Origin: the human T2T-CHM13v2.0 reference genome, Homo sapiens | Strand: one strand, 5' to 3' | DNA length: 64,000 bases | Assembly (NCBI RefSeq): GCF_009914755.1 | Contig: NC_060927.1 | In this document: positions 24,400 through 36,755 of the stretch, piece after piece | Layout of the letters: every line of letters begins with the position of its first letter | How positions within the stretch are numbered: the stretch's first letter is position 1 | Made by a program: the position numbers and the translations under genes | Notes under the pieces: model-generated | The model's input: only the letters and a program-made list of their open reading frames with translations | The model's database searches: none | Told to the model about the DNA's origin: nothing

Positions 24400-26165
24400 T
24401 AAAGATGTGTCTGAGCCTAGTTATAGTGATTTAAAGTCCATGGTCCAAAACTGCAATTACTTTCACACCAACTTAATACATCTAGTCTATTACTGGGTCT
24501 AAGGATGCTTCTTTCAGAGTAGGTGTTGAACGCATCCACTTCCTTCCACATCTTTGGTCTAGTCTAAGTCACCACCATGCCTCACTAGACCGTGGCAGTT
24601 TCCTACTAACTAGTTTGTACGCTATATATAAGTATGTATACTCTCATATACACTGTTACACTCTACATAGAACTGTCCCAAGTTATTCCTTCTGAAATAT
24701 AGATCTAATGATTTCACCCCCGTTGCCTAAAACAGTTCAATGACACTTTCATTACACTTGAAATAAATTAAAAATTATTTACACAGCCTATATGATCTTG
24801 TTGCTGCCTGCATCCCCAGCTATGTCTCTTTCTTCTCTTCCCTTGTCGTAGTCAACACTAGCTTCATTGCCCTTCTCTCAGTTCTTCAGCTACTCCAACT
24901 TCTCTTCCACCTCAAGACCTTTGCCTCAGAATGTTTATTTTTCTATTCATCATTAGCTAATTTGTATTAGTCTTTCAGGTTAAAGTTTAAATTCTACTAC
25001 TTCTCCAGCCTAAATCAGATCTCCTCTTCAATTATTTCACTATGCAATTTATGGCACAGTTGAATGCCTTGTTTAATGTCCATTTCCCTCATAGGATTTT
25101 AAGCTCGCTAAGGTCAAGGATTGTGTACAGCTTTCCCCGATGTAACCCTGGTGCCTGTCACACGGCTGGCTCTGCACTGAGCATTTCATAATTATTTGTT
25201 ATATCATCAGTGATTAAAATTCTTATTAATAAGCTTGTGTTATATATACCTATTTGGAATAAGATGTCAAGTGTAAACATGATATAAATCCCATGGGGAT
25301 TCTCAGATAATCCTGTATTACAGGAAAGTACCAGAACTATTTCTTTTTGAGTCTTATCTTTTTGTTACATTTATCTTTCCAACCTGTGCTTAAGGTCTTT
25401 TGGGAGCTCTTGTCCTTCTGAGTTTGATTCTTCCCATTTCTTTAAAAGGTGTTACCTTTCATTTATTAGGCTGTCCATACCCAATACTGATGAGATATAG
25501 TGACTTTTGTCCCCTGAGTTCCTGGCAACAGTAAATTTAAAAAGAACTATCTTGCTCATATTGAGACATCTACTTTCAATTAAATAAAATTGGAGTTTAC
25601 TCTCTTCTGTCTGTTTCCAAGCCCAGTATTACTTAAGAACCACAAAGCCAGCCACAAGTTGTACCCACTTCTGGATGCAACTTTATCATTTCATGGTTAG
25701 GACTTGTTCCTAACTTTCTTGAGTTTTGCTTCTTCTTACATAATTGGCAGCTGCAATGGGGGAAATATTGTTCACTGGTCTAACAACAACTGCAAAATAA
25801 GATTACTTCATATGGTGCTAAAAGTGGCTTTTATGCTTCTGTGACAGTTTCCTGTCTAATAAGAGAGATTTCTTAGGCAAAAAGAAGACCCTTAGGCTCA
25901 CAAAGGCCCTTTGCTCTCTGGACATCCCTAACACATTTCTGCTTGCTTCCTTGAAGCCCCTCTCCCACTTCCTAGTCAGAGAAAACATTTCTGCACAATG
26001 ATCCTTAATTAAGATACCGTCCCCAGAAGCTGTCAGCTGCTGTGGTTTAGAACTGAAGAAATATCTCATAAGGAAAACCGCTATAAAACAGCTATACATA
26101 ACCATAACAATTAAATAACATTATTGACATGGTTATGATAATCCACTAAGAAGTGTCTTATCTGC

Positions 26166-27223
26166 TTTTTTTAATTATACTTTAAGTTCTGGGATACACG
26201 TGCAGAAAGTGCAGGTTTGTTACATAGGTATACATGTGCCATGGTTGTTTTCTGCACCCACCAAGACGTCATCTACATTAGGTATTTCTTCTAATACTAT
26301 CCCTCCTCCCATTCCCCAACCCCCACTCCCTGACAGGCCCCAGTGTGTGACGTTCCCCTCCTTGTGTCTATGTGTTCTCATTGTTCAACTCCCACTTAAG
26401 AGTAAGAAAATGCGGTGTTTGGTTTTTTGTCCTTGTGATATTTTGCTGAGAATGATGGTTTACAGCTTCATCCGTGTCCCTACAAAGGGCATGAACTCAT
26501 TCTTTTTTATGGCTGCATAGTGTTCCATGGCATATAGGTGCCACATTTTCTTTATCCAGTCTATCACTGATGGGCATTTGGGTTGATCCCAAGTTTTTGC
26601 TATTGTGAAGAGTGTCGCAATAAACATATGTGTGCATGTGTCTTTATAGTAGAATGATGTATAATCCTTTGGGTACATACCCAGTAATGGGATGCTGGGT
26701 CAAATGGTTTTTCTAATTCTAGATCCTTGAGGAATCGCCACACTGTCTTCCACAATGGTTGAACTAATTTACACTCCTACCAACAGTGTAAAAGCGCTCC
26801 TATTTCTCCACATCCTCTCCAGCATCTGTTGTTTCCTAACATTTTAATGATCGCCATTCTAACTGGCATTAAGATGGTATCTCATTGTGGTTTTGATTTG
26901 CATTTCCCTAATGACCAGTGATGATGAGCCTTTTTTCATATGTTTGTTGGCCGCATAGATGTCTTCTTTTGAGAAGTGTCTTATCATATCCTTTGCCCAC
27001 TTTTTGATGGGGTTGTTGTTTTCTTGTAAATTTGTTCAAGTTCTTTGTAGACTCTGGATATTAGCCCTTTGTCAGATTGATAGTTTGCAAAAATTTTCTC
27101 CCATTCTATAGGTTGTCGGTTCACTCTGATGAGTTTCTTTTGCCGTGCAGAAGCTCTTTAGTTTAATTAGATCGCATTTGTCAATTTTGGCTTTTGTTGC
27201 CATCGCTTTTGGTGTTTTAGTCA
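26166..27223 (-). mobile_element. 5'-truncated L1PA7/8-like element
   Basis: TTATACTTTAAGTTCTGGGATACAC 3' end; ORF2 C-terminal peptide MYPKDYTSFYYKDTCTHMFIA; approximate TSD ATCT(G/T)CTTTT. Confidence 0.93.
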
Positions 27224-27424
27224 ACATCTTCTTTTTAATAATCATTTGAGAGAAGATTCAACATGGATAAGTAGAATCTTAACCCTGGTACACAAAAGAA
27301 AATAGATAAGTAGATGTCTTTTAAAAGTTCCTTTCAGACTTTTGAATATGTGATAAAACAGTCTTTTTGGTGTTCGCCCTATGATGATGATGATTGTTAT
27401 TATTAGTAGTAGTATTATGATATT

Positions 27425-27575
27425 CACCACCATTTATTGCGTGCTCACAGTAAAATTCTTAACTAAACATTTTAAAATTGTAATCCAGTTAATTTTTTTA
27501 AACCAGTCCTAAAAGGTAGACATTATTATCTGTATTTACAGATGAGAAAATAGAAACTTAGAAAGGCTAAAAGAA
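27425..27575 (-). mobile_element. MIR fragment
   Basis: CATTTATTGCGTGCT...ATTATTATCTGTATTTACAGATGAGAAAATAGAAACTTAGAAAGGCTAA. Confidence 0.65.
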
Positions 27576-29199
27576 TTGTTACCACCATCACTCTTCTCAA
27601 ATCTATCTTCAGATCCGTATTACTTTATTGCCAGAAAACCTGAAGGTTTTAAATAAATATCTTCAAATTATTTTAAAAATTGTAGGAGTTTGTATCTGCA
27701 GGTCAAAGAAACACCTTTCATATTTTTTTCCCTCAAATTGTAAAATAGAAAGAGCAATGGTCTGTTACTCATGACAGCTAATTTCCATAGCTAGTACTTG
27801 GCTCATGAGAATGGGAGTTTTGCATTAAAATTCGGCCTTCTGTTTTCTTATTTGAACATTTTGAAACTGGATAGTTTCTAAGGTCCTACAACTCTATGAA
27901 TCTAAAGTGGCTGAAGATATTTAAATTTCTATCTTGAGAATGGAATAGCAGAGTGAATCTTCTATCTTATATCAGCCCTCATAGGCACATCTCTATGTGA
28001 AGCTTTTGATCATTTCATGAGTGGCAAAATGATACTTACCTTTAAATTTCTGCTGGCTATTTTCAATCACAACCCACTTCTTGAGTAATGCCTCATGCAG
28101 TTTCATAACAGCATCAGGATGCCAGTTAGAGCAACAATATTGCCCTGCTAGCTGATTATCAGTGTCAGGAGATGAGGCAGAATCCTGTTGCTTGATCAAG
28201 ATGTTTAAAATCCCATTCTGCACAAACGGAAATGCTCAGAAGGATATAATAAGAGGTAACAGTAATTTTTAGATTGCCTGTCAACCCTAAGCCCATTTCT
28301 ATCCATCATGGAAATGATATAACTTTCACTTCTCATGCTTTTCTGATTTGCATAACCAACAGCATCAATACCACCCACAATTTTTATCCAGCTTCCCACT
28401 AAAGCAGAGACTTGAATTGCAATGCCTTAACACATTCTAGTCTAGATCTATTCCACTCCTTTTTTTAAAAAATGGAGTTATAAGTTATAACTCAACTACC
28501 AGTTAAGCACAGAAGTCAGTAACAAAATGGAATACCAAATGAAAAGTTTACATATTACATCCAGCAATACTTTTGGTAGAAAGTATATTTTTTGTGCAGT
28601 TTTATGAAACCACAGAAGCCATCTTGTTATATTCTTTATTATCTGGCTTTAATTTGCTAATCCTTATAGAATTCCCACTTAGCAAGTATGAGTGAAGAAA
28701 AATAGCTGCTTTCATGTTAGTGGATTCAGTGTCTCAATTAAACATTGTATATAATTATTATTTCCTAAAGATAGATTTATTTAAAAACATGCATGAGTTG
28801 AGATCTAAAGGGTAATGAATTTGTAAGCTGTTCTTTGAAAAGCTTTGAAAGAAAGCTCATAGAGAGGGAAGAAGTTGTGTCATTAGGGGAAAGCTGGCTG
28901 GCCTCCCAATCAGGTCCTCTAAAAATGGCTTTTTCTCAGTGGATTTGCTACAGTTCAGTTTGATGCTGTCAGCCTTAGAAGCCAAGTCTTGTCAGTGTCT
29001 TGAAGTGCTCAAACTCAGGCTGCTGTTTTCTGCTAGGAAAACTCACAAGAGACCAAGGTACAAAAACAGAGTGTCAATTCTTTAGTTAATAAGAAATATG
29101 ACTTGTAATTTGAACTGCCCTTTCACCATCCAAAGCCAAAAAACCTTCACTTATCCACTATATCCTATTCTTTCTCACTGACTTAAGTACTTGGCTCTT

Positions 29200-31690
29200 G
29201 CAATTTTCCTGCTTTCTCCTCTATCAACAAGTTTTCCTTCATTATTGAGTCATTGTCTTTATCAATAAGAATACTACAATATCTTCCATCTTAACAAAAC
29301 TTTTCTTTGATCTTATATTCCCCTCCATGTAACACCTCATTTCTCTGCTTCCTCTCCTGGCAAAACTCCTTGAAGAAGTCTCCACTTCTATGCCTCCTAC
29401 TTTCTCTTCAAGCCACTCCAAATAGGGTCTCCTCTTTATAATTCCACTGAAATCAAATATAATAGAAAAGTATAAAAAGAAAAATGGTTTAGCATTGTAA
29501 ATGGCATGTCTTCTCCTAAAAAGAAGAATCTATATTTTAAAAAAATTATCATTTTAAGTTTCCATTAAAAAAAAGGTAATCACTTTTTCATTAAATAACT
29601 TGGCTAATTTATACAAAAGTTCAGACAAAATTCTTTTCCTAAGTTCCTTCTGTTTACTAAACAGTCAATTAGGAAACTGCTGTGCAGATATCTGTACTAT
29701 TCCTGTAATTCATTCGTGATACACACAGATCCTTTCCAGGGTTCAATTACATAAAATAAAACCCTCAACTGTTTGTGTCACATTAGTCTCAATGGCTCAC
29801 TGCAGAACCCTCTACATTTTTGCATTGGAGAAGGGTTCTCCCATAGAATGTCACAGTAATACAGGCTTTGCTTAGTGACTAATTAGCAATGAGTACAATT
29901 CAGTCATTTTTCTGTTCTGAGATTCACTTTATTGGAGGTAACTAGCAACCTTCATTTTTCCAAATTCAAAGGTACAATTTTTGTCTTCATTTTACTCAAC
30001 CTGTTAACAGCATTTGACATGGTTGACCATGACCAAATATTTTTCTTCTCTTCTCTGGGCTACCAAATTACCAAATTAGCCACTTTATCTCAAATTCTTT
30101 TGAAGAGTCTTATTCCACTCTACTCCTTCTACATGATGGAGTGCTCCTGGGATCATTCTTGTTTCTTTTCTCATTTCTATGTTTTCTCACCAAATGATGG
30201 CTTCCAATCTCCCATGACTTTAAATACCAACTATAACCTTCATGTCTTCCAAATTTACATCTCCTGTTTCAACCTCACCTCTGAACTTTATGGTAATCAG
30301 TATGACCTTTAGACCCAAAATATACAGAATAAAGCAATGGAGTTATAAGTGACCTGCACAGCAAAGTCAATGTTACCTTATTTGTATGGTAAGTGTTATA
30401 TAGGATACAGAAATATCTGAATGCCCCTAAATTAAGCCAGCCACTTGCCCTGGATTAGGCTGGATAGTTTCAGGTGCTGATAACCTTGGTTCTTCAAAGG
30501 GCAAGAGTTTCGGGAAATATTCTGCTTGCTTGCCATTTTTGTTGTTGTTGTTGTTGTTGTTAATCATTCACAGACTTATTACTCATTGTTAACTGTCACG
30601 AGTCACTTGAAATAAGGTATTTTATTGGGGTTCTAACATTTTAGGGGTAGCTCTGATACAAACATGACTGATTGAATGACTTACATTGCCACTTTGATGA
30701 CTAATAGGCATCTCGAACATAAGACACTCAAAAACAAAGCAAACCTGTTGTTGTCTCAATCTTCTCCATCTCAGTAAGTAGCACCACCAACTCCAATTAC
30801 TCAGCTCCCAAATTTACACCTTTTCCTTGGAGATTTTTTCCCTCCTCTTCCTACTTACAATCAATCCATCTGCAATTTTTATTAGCTTCTACTTCCAGAA
30901 TATATCCTGAATATGAGTACTTTTCACAATTCCCATTGCCTCTACCCTAGGCCAAGTCACTGTCTTTTCTAAGACTACTTCGATGTTTTTTAAAACTGTG
31001 CTTCACAAACTTGTATATATGAATCATCTCGCAATATTAAATGCAGATTCCAATTTACTCATTCTTGGATGTCGTCTGAGATTCTGTATATCTAATATGT
31101 TCCCAGGTAATATTGGTGCTAGTGGTCCATGGACCTCACTAGAAAATAAATAATCAAGTATAAAAACTTTCAAATAATAATTGGACTATAAGGAACAGAG
31201 TAAGAGAATAGGTAATAACTGTATTATTCAATCCTCTTTAGTTGTTGTGTTTTTTTTTTGTTTGTTTGTTTTTTGGCCAGAGCAAACTTTTAAAAAACTA
31301 CATCAGATAATTTATCTTCCTGTCTAACTCACCTACAACACTACACCTCTTTGGGTTCCCATTATACCCTGAATAAAGCCCAATTTGCTTAACACATGGC
31401 CTTATAAGATCTGGCCTCAGGAATATGTCTTTAGGTCTGCTCTTATTACATATCCATCTTCCTTGGTGTGATCTAAAGTGATTTTTCTTTTTCTTGAACT
31501 TATCCAACTTCCCCCACTCAAGGCCTTAACATTTTCTAGTCTTTCTATCTAGATTAGAATAGTATTATCATTCAGGTTTCTGCTTGACAAAATTTATTTA
31601 AGAGGATATTACTGACCACATTCTATAAAAGAACACTTATGTCCCCTTATCTTGTTTATTTTCTTCAAAACACAAATTATTATCTATGAT
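29200..31690 (+). mobile_element. Fragmented L2 including reverse-transcriptase remnant
   Basis: ORF 29932-30312 contains ILLNLLTAFDMVDH, matching the L2/CR1 RT motif LDLSAAFDTVDH; further L2 motifs CCATCTCAGTAAGTAGCACCACC. Confidence 0.7.
30995..31148. mobile_element. MER5-family fragment inside L2
   Basis: GAATCATCT...AAATGCAGATTCC...CTGAGATTCTG...CCCAGGTAAT...TGGTCCATGGACC. Confidence 0.65.
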
Positions 31691-32752
31691 TGTTGCAGGA
31701 AGTCAGGGACCCCGAATTGAGGGATTGGCTGACGCCATGGCAGAAGAACATAAATTGTGAAGATTTCATGGACATTTATTAGTTCCCCAAATTAATACTT
31801 TTATAATTTCTTATGCCTGTCTTTACTGCAATCTCTGAACATAAATTGTGAAGATTTCATGGACACTTATCACTTCCCCAATTAATACTCTTGTGATTTA
31901 ATATGCCTGTCTTTACTTTAATCTCTTAATCCTATCATCTTTGTAAGCTGAGGATGAATGTCGCCTCAGGACCCTGTGATGATTGCGTTAACTGTACAAA
32001 TTATTTAAACAATATGAAATCTGGGCACCTTGAAAAAAGAACAGGATAACAGCGATGTTCAGGGAACAAGGGAGATAACCTTAAAGTCTGGCTGCCTGTG
32101 GGCCGGGCAGAACAGAGCCATATTTCTCTTCTTTCAAAAGCAAATAGGAGAAATATCACTGAACTCTTTTTCTCAGCAAGGAACAGCCCTGAGAAAGAGA
32201 ATGCGTGCCTAGGGGTAGGCCTCTAAAATGGCCCCTCTGAGGATGTCTGTCTTTTATGGTTGTACATAAGGGATGAAATAAGCCCCAGTCTCCTGTAGTG
32301 CTCCCAGGCCTATTAGGATGAGGAAATTCCCACCTAATAAATTTTGGTCAGACTGGTTGTCTGCTCTCAAACCCTGTCTCCTGATAAGATGTTATCAATG
32401 ACAATGTGTGCCCAAAACTTCATTAGCAATTTTAATTTCGCCCTGGTCCTGTGATCTCACCCTGCCTCCATTTGCCTTGTGATATTTTATTACCTTGTGA
32501 AGCATGTGATCTCTGTGACCCACACCCTATTCGTACACTCCCACCTCTTTTGGAAATTGCTAATAAAAACTTGCTGGTTTTGCAGCTCAGGGTGCATCAC
32601 GGAACCTGCCGACATGTGATGTCTCCCCCGGACACCTAGCTTTAAAATTTATCTCTTTTGTACTCTTTTCCTTTATTTCTCAGACCAGCCAACACTTAGG
32701 GAAAACAGAAAAGGACCCATGTGAAATATCGGGGGCTGAATTTCCCCCAATA
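31691..32752 (+). mobile_element. MER11 solo LTR (HERV-K11/HML-8; MER11C-like by length)
   Basis: TGTTGCAGGAAGTCAGGGACCCCGAA start, repeated GAACATAAATTGTGAAGATTTCATGGACA, end TTTCCCCCAATA; 6-bp TSD TATGAT/CATGAT; 1062 bp. Confidence 0.93.
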
Positions 32753-32761
32753 CATGATAGG

Positions 32762-33145
32762 TGTAATGATTAACCCAGAGTGTCAACTTGATTGGATTAA
32801 AGGATGCAAAGTATTGATCCTGGGTGTGTCTGTGAGGGTGTTGCCCAAGGAGATTAACGTTTGAGTCAGTGGGCTGGGAAATGCAGACACACCCTTAATC
32901 TTGTTAGGCACCATCTAATCAGCTGACAGCACTGCTAGAATAAAACCAGGCAGAAAAATGTGAAAAGAGAGACTGACCTAGCTTCCCAGCCTACATTTTT
33001 CTCCCGTGTTGGATGCTTCCTGCCCTTGAACATCAGACTCCAAGTTCTCCAGTTTTGAGACTCAGACTGGCTCTCCTTGCTCCTTAGCTGCAGACGGCCT
33101 ATTGTGGGACCTTGTGATCATGTGAGTTAATACCTAATAAACTCA

Positions 33146-33177
<32 letters not shown>

Positions 33178-33178
33178 G

Positions 33179-33220
<42 letters not shown>

Positions 33221-33299
33221 GAGTTTATTATTTATACACATGCACCCACACATATATATTCCATTATTTCTGTTCCTCTAGAGAGCCCTGACAGAAATA
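32762..33299 (+). mobile_element. MLT2A (MLT2A2-like) HERV-L solo LTR
   Basis: GAGTGTCAACTTGATTGGATT-AAGGATGCAAAGTATTGATCCTGGGTGTGTCTGTGAGGGTGTTGCC; end TTCTGTTCCTCTAGAGAGCCCTGAC. Confidence 0.92.
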
Positions 33300-33342
33300 A
33301 TGCAATATATATGTTTGTATATATATTGATATATATAGATGT

Positions 33343-33378
<36 letters not shown>
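33146..33378. repeat. (TG)n(TA)n(CA)n and (TA)n microsatellites
   Basis: Directly visible at 33146-33218 and ~33305-33378. Confidence 0.95.
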
Positions 33379-33381
<3 letters not shown>

Positions 33382-33449
33382 GGTGGTCTCCAGAAGCTGC
33401 AAAAAATGAGAAAACACATTAAAGTTTAATCAGACAAGCTTAATCAGAC

Positions 33450-34022
33450 AAGCGGAACCACTAGATTAAACACACGTAGACACACATGGAGAATATCAAA
33501 TGCAACTGCAGAACCTGGTTAGGCAGTCTCTTTACTGCTGTTTGCCTTCACATCTGATCTGATGCTTGAACTTGTTCACTTGGGAAGGGAAGGTGAATAT
33601 AAATTGGGAGAGAGTGGGAATGAACTGGAACACACAAACTAAAGTCCACGAGGACTGACTGAAGTGTCAGTTCTTATTGCCTCTGACTTTGATAGCACTG
33701 ATGTCCTGCAGAAGTCAAGGAGCTTGTTGTCATGGAGCTAAACACACAGATCTGGCCCAGTAGTTGGTAATGCTGAAAGAGAACTGGGAGAAGGTGGAGC
33801 AGTTGCAGGCCTGGTAGCCGTCCTATGCCAACACCATAAGCCAGAAGATAGGTAAGATGTGTGAGCAACAAAATGAGTGCCGCTTCAATTCCTCCCTCCA
33901 AATGCCCCATGAGAATCTCTCCTGTGGTTGATCCACTCTCACAGAAAACACACAAAGAAGGGTCTTTTGGGAAATGTAGTTCAGCCTAGCCAAGTTGGCT
34001 GATTGTCAAGTCACTCACTACA
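33450..34022 (-). mobile_element. Ancient ERVL-class LTR (MLT2E/F-like, subfamily uncertain)
   Basis: Terminal TGGGAAATGTAGTTCAGCCTAGCCAAGTTG...CACTACA resembles old ERVL LTR starts in reverse. Confidence 0.5.
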
Positions 34023-35539
34023 GCATATTCTCTCTCTTAAGATGTCAGATTTTTAAAAATTTGCGTAGTGAACATAGATTTATGACTAAGAATAATATAT
34101 AATCAATGTGGCCTTTTCACCAATATTAAGTGGTGTGTTTTTAAACCCTGCACATATTTCTTTATTTACAAATATGACCATATAAATTAGGAGTTTGAAG
34201 CAATCTCTGTGGAGCTTGTCCTGCCTACAAGCTTAGGTTAGCTGGCATTTAAAGGGTTTCTTTCAAAATGCAGTTCTGCCTTGGCAAATATGACTTCCTC
34301 TTTGGATTAAAGATAGTGATGACATTGTACCTGATAATGCTATCTGATTGTGCTGGGGACAGTAAAAGGATTGGAACCTCTAGTAAGATTAATACATAAT
34401 GTTATATGTATTTTCTCTTTTTACCAAATACAGTTGCAATTGAAAGGCTAACCATTTTATTAGTTTTTTTTTCTTACTTTCCTCCTTCACTTCAGGATAA
34501 ATGTACTTTTTTTCTACCAAATTGTTATTATGTACTTTGTTAGTAATTCAGCACTAATGAAAGTGCATTAATATAGCAGGACATTTGTATATAATAAGGC
34601 ATTATAAGTATATTGAATTATACTTAATCATTTTTGGTAAGCATAATAATTAATATGTTTACAAAGTCAAAGCTAGATAGAGATTATGATATTGGACTCC
34701 TAGTATCTTTGTATCATTCTCACATTCAGCCAGGCTTGTAAGAGGAATCATCCTTGATTCTTTCCTTCCAATCAGCTAATTAGAACAGTCAATTAGCTAG
34801 CAATTCCTTTTAAATTCTGTTCTTTTATAATTACTGTTTTTATCCATGCATTTTTTTTTTTCAATTCTTACTGCCTACACCCCAAATCAGTATTCATTAT
34901 CTCAATCTTAGGTCCATATAGTGGCCTTATAACAGATCTTTTACTCTCAAATTTCTTTCCTTTCCTACAATTTATTCTGCAGAATATCGCCCACTTAGCC
35001 TTCACTGAATACTGCTTTTATCATGACATTTCTCATAAACCTTTAATATCCTACCACCATACAACAGAGGAACGACCACTCTTTAGACTGACATGCAAGA
35101 TATATCTATCTCCTCTGTTCTTTCTTTATTTTTCACTTCTGTCTCTGAAACTTTGTTGAGAATAATTAGAATAATTAATAGATTCAATAAATTGAAAGGA
35201 TCCAAATTTGAAACCTGAGACATCTGAAGAGTGAGAGAGGATAGAAGATAAAAAAAGATACAGTAAAAAAAAGAGATACAGCAAAAATAAAGTTTTGAAA
35301 GATAATTTTAGAAAGTTAAGAGAGAAAGAGGAAGAAGATTTTGGTGTCAGCTATACTACAAGTGAGATAGTGAGAGAGAGATGAGATAAAGAGATTTTTA
35401 GATGTTTACTGTAGATTATGAATAGAAACATTCCTCTGTATTTTTGAGTGACTCAAGAGATATAAATATTAATTTTAATTTTTTCTCTACCCAGTGATAT
35501 TTTAAATGTGTCCAACAGTTTGTGGGGAGTGAGAACAAA

Positions 35540-36150
35540 AAACACCAGTTTTCACTGCCCTCGTGAAATCTTTCATCCAATAAATACAAAACTGAAAACT
35601 GGAGGAAGAGAGTCAGTTATAATGAGCACATGACACAGGGATCTGGTGTAGATTAGGAGGCTGAAGAACACTTCTCTGTGAAATAGGATTTATGCAGAAA
35701 CTTGTCAGATGTCAGTTGTGGAAATAAAGGAGATAATCTATGTAAAGTATTTAGTACAGTGCATAACAAATGATATTAGAATATTATAATTATCAATCAT
35801 TTGTAAACAGTCATTTACAGTTATTGTATCTTCTCTATACCTAGATTGTGAAATTGTTCGGGGTATCGCAGATATTTTCTACTTATTTTAAATCTCTGTA
35901 ATGCCTAGCTCTCTATATTGCTGTGAAGTGTAGTTGAAAGAGCACAGGATTAGAGTTCTTTAGATAAGGGCTGAAATCATGACTTCGGAGCTGTGCAAAT
36001 GTAGGGAAAATATTTTAGTGGGCTCCAGTTTGTTTGTTGTAAAATAAGAATTATACTACTTCAGCAGATTTCTAGGATGATTAAAAAATAATTAGCATTT
36101 TGTCTGGCATGAAATAAATGCATGGTAAAAGGTACTTTATTAATAATATT
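35540..36150. mobile_element. Cluster of short L2 and MIR fragments
   Basis: GAGATAATCTATGTAAAGTATTTAGTACAGTG (MIR), CTAGATTGTGAAATT (L2 end), GTGTAGTTGAAAGAGCACAGG (MIR start). Confidence 0.5.
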
Positions 36151-36293
36151 ATTTTCATATTTATAAGAAATAAATATATTTATATAAGGAAGAAAATTAC
36201 ACAATTACATTTAAGTGGACACCAGTAATTTGAAATTTATGCTAATTTGGCTGGAGGTAAGGGTGATTTGTATTATTTATAAAGAAAAATCTG

Positions 36294-36755
<462 letters not shown>

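Larger units (their letters stand above)
22908..24476 (+). mobile_element. Hsmar1 mariner DNA transposon, near full length, inactive
   Basis: TA on both sides (22906-7, 24477-8); degenerate TIRs (CAAGGTGAGTGCAAAAATTGCG / CTGCAATTACTTTCACACCAACTTAA); transposase motifs WVP(R)EL and HPPYSPDL. Confidence 0.95.
22780..25200 (+). mobile_element. L2 3' region, interrupted by Hsmar1
   Basis: TCAGTAAATGGCACC before the mariner; pyrimidine-rich L2 body and terminal AAGCTC...AGG...GTGCCTG...TATTTGTT after it. Confidence 0.6.

Noticed and set aside
31746-31870. Direct repeat GAACATAAATTGTGAAGATTTCATGGACA
   Set aside because: Normal internal feature of MER11 LTRs
33425-33455. 14-bp tandem duplication TTAATCAGACAAGC (similar short ones near 4873, 19864, 41037)
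   Set aside because: Ordinary slippage duplications
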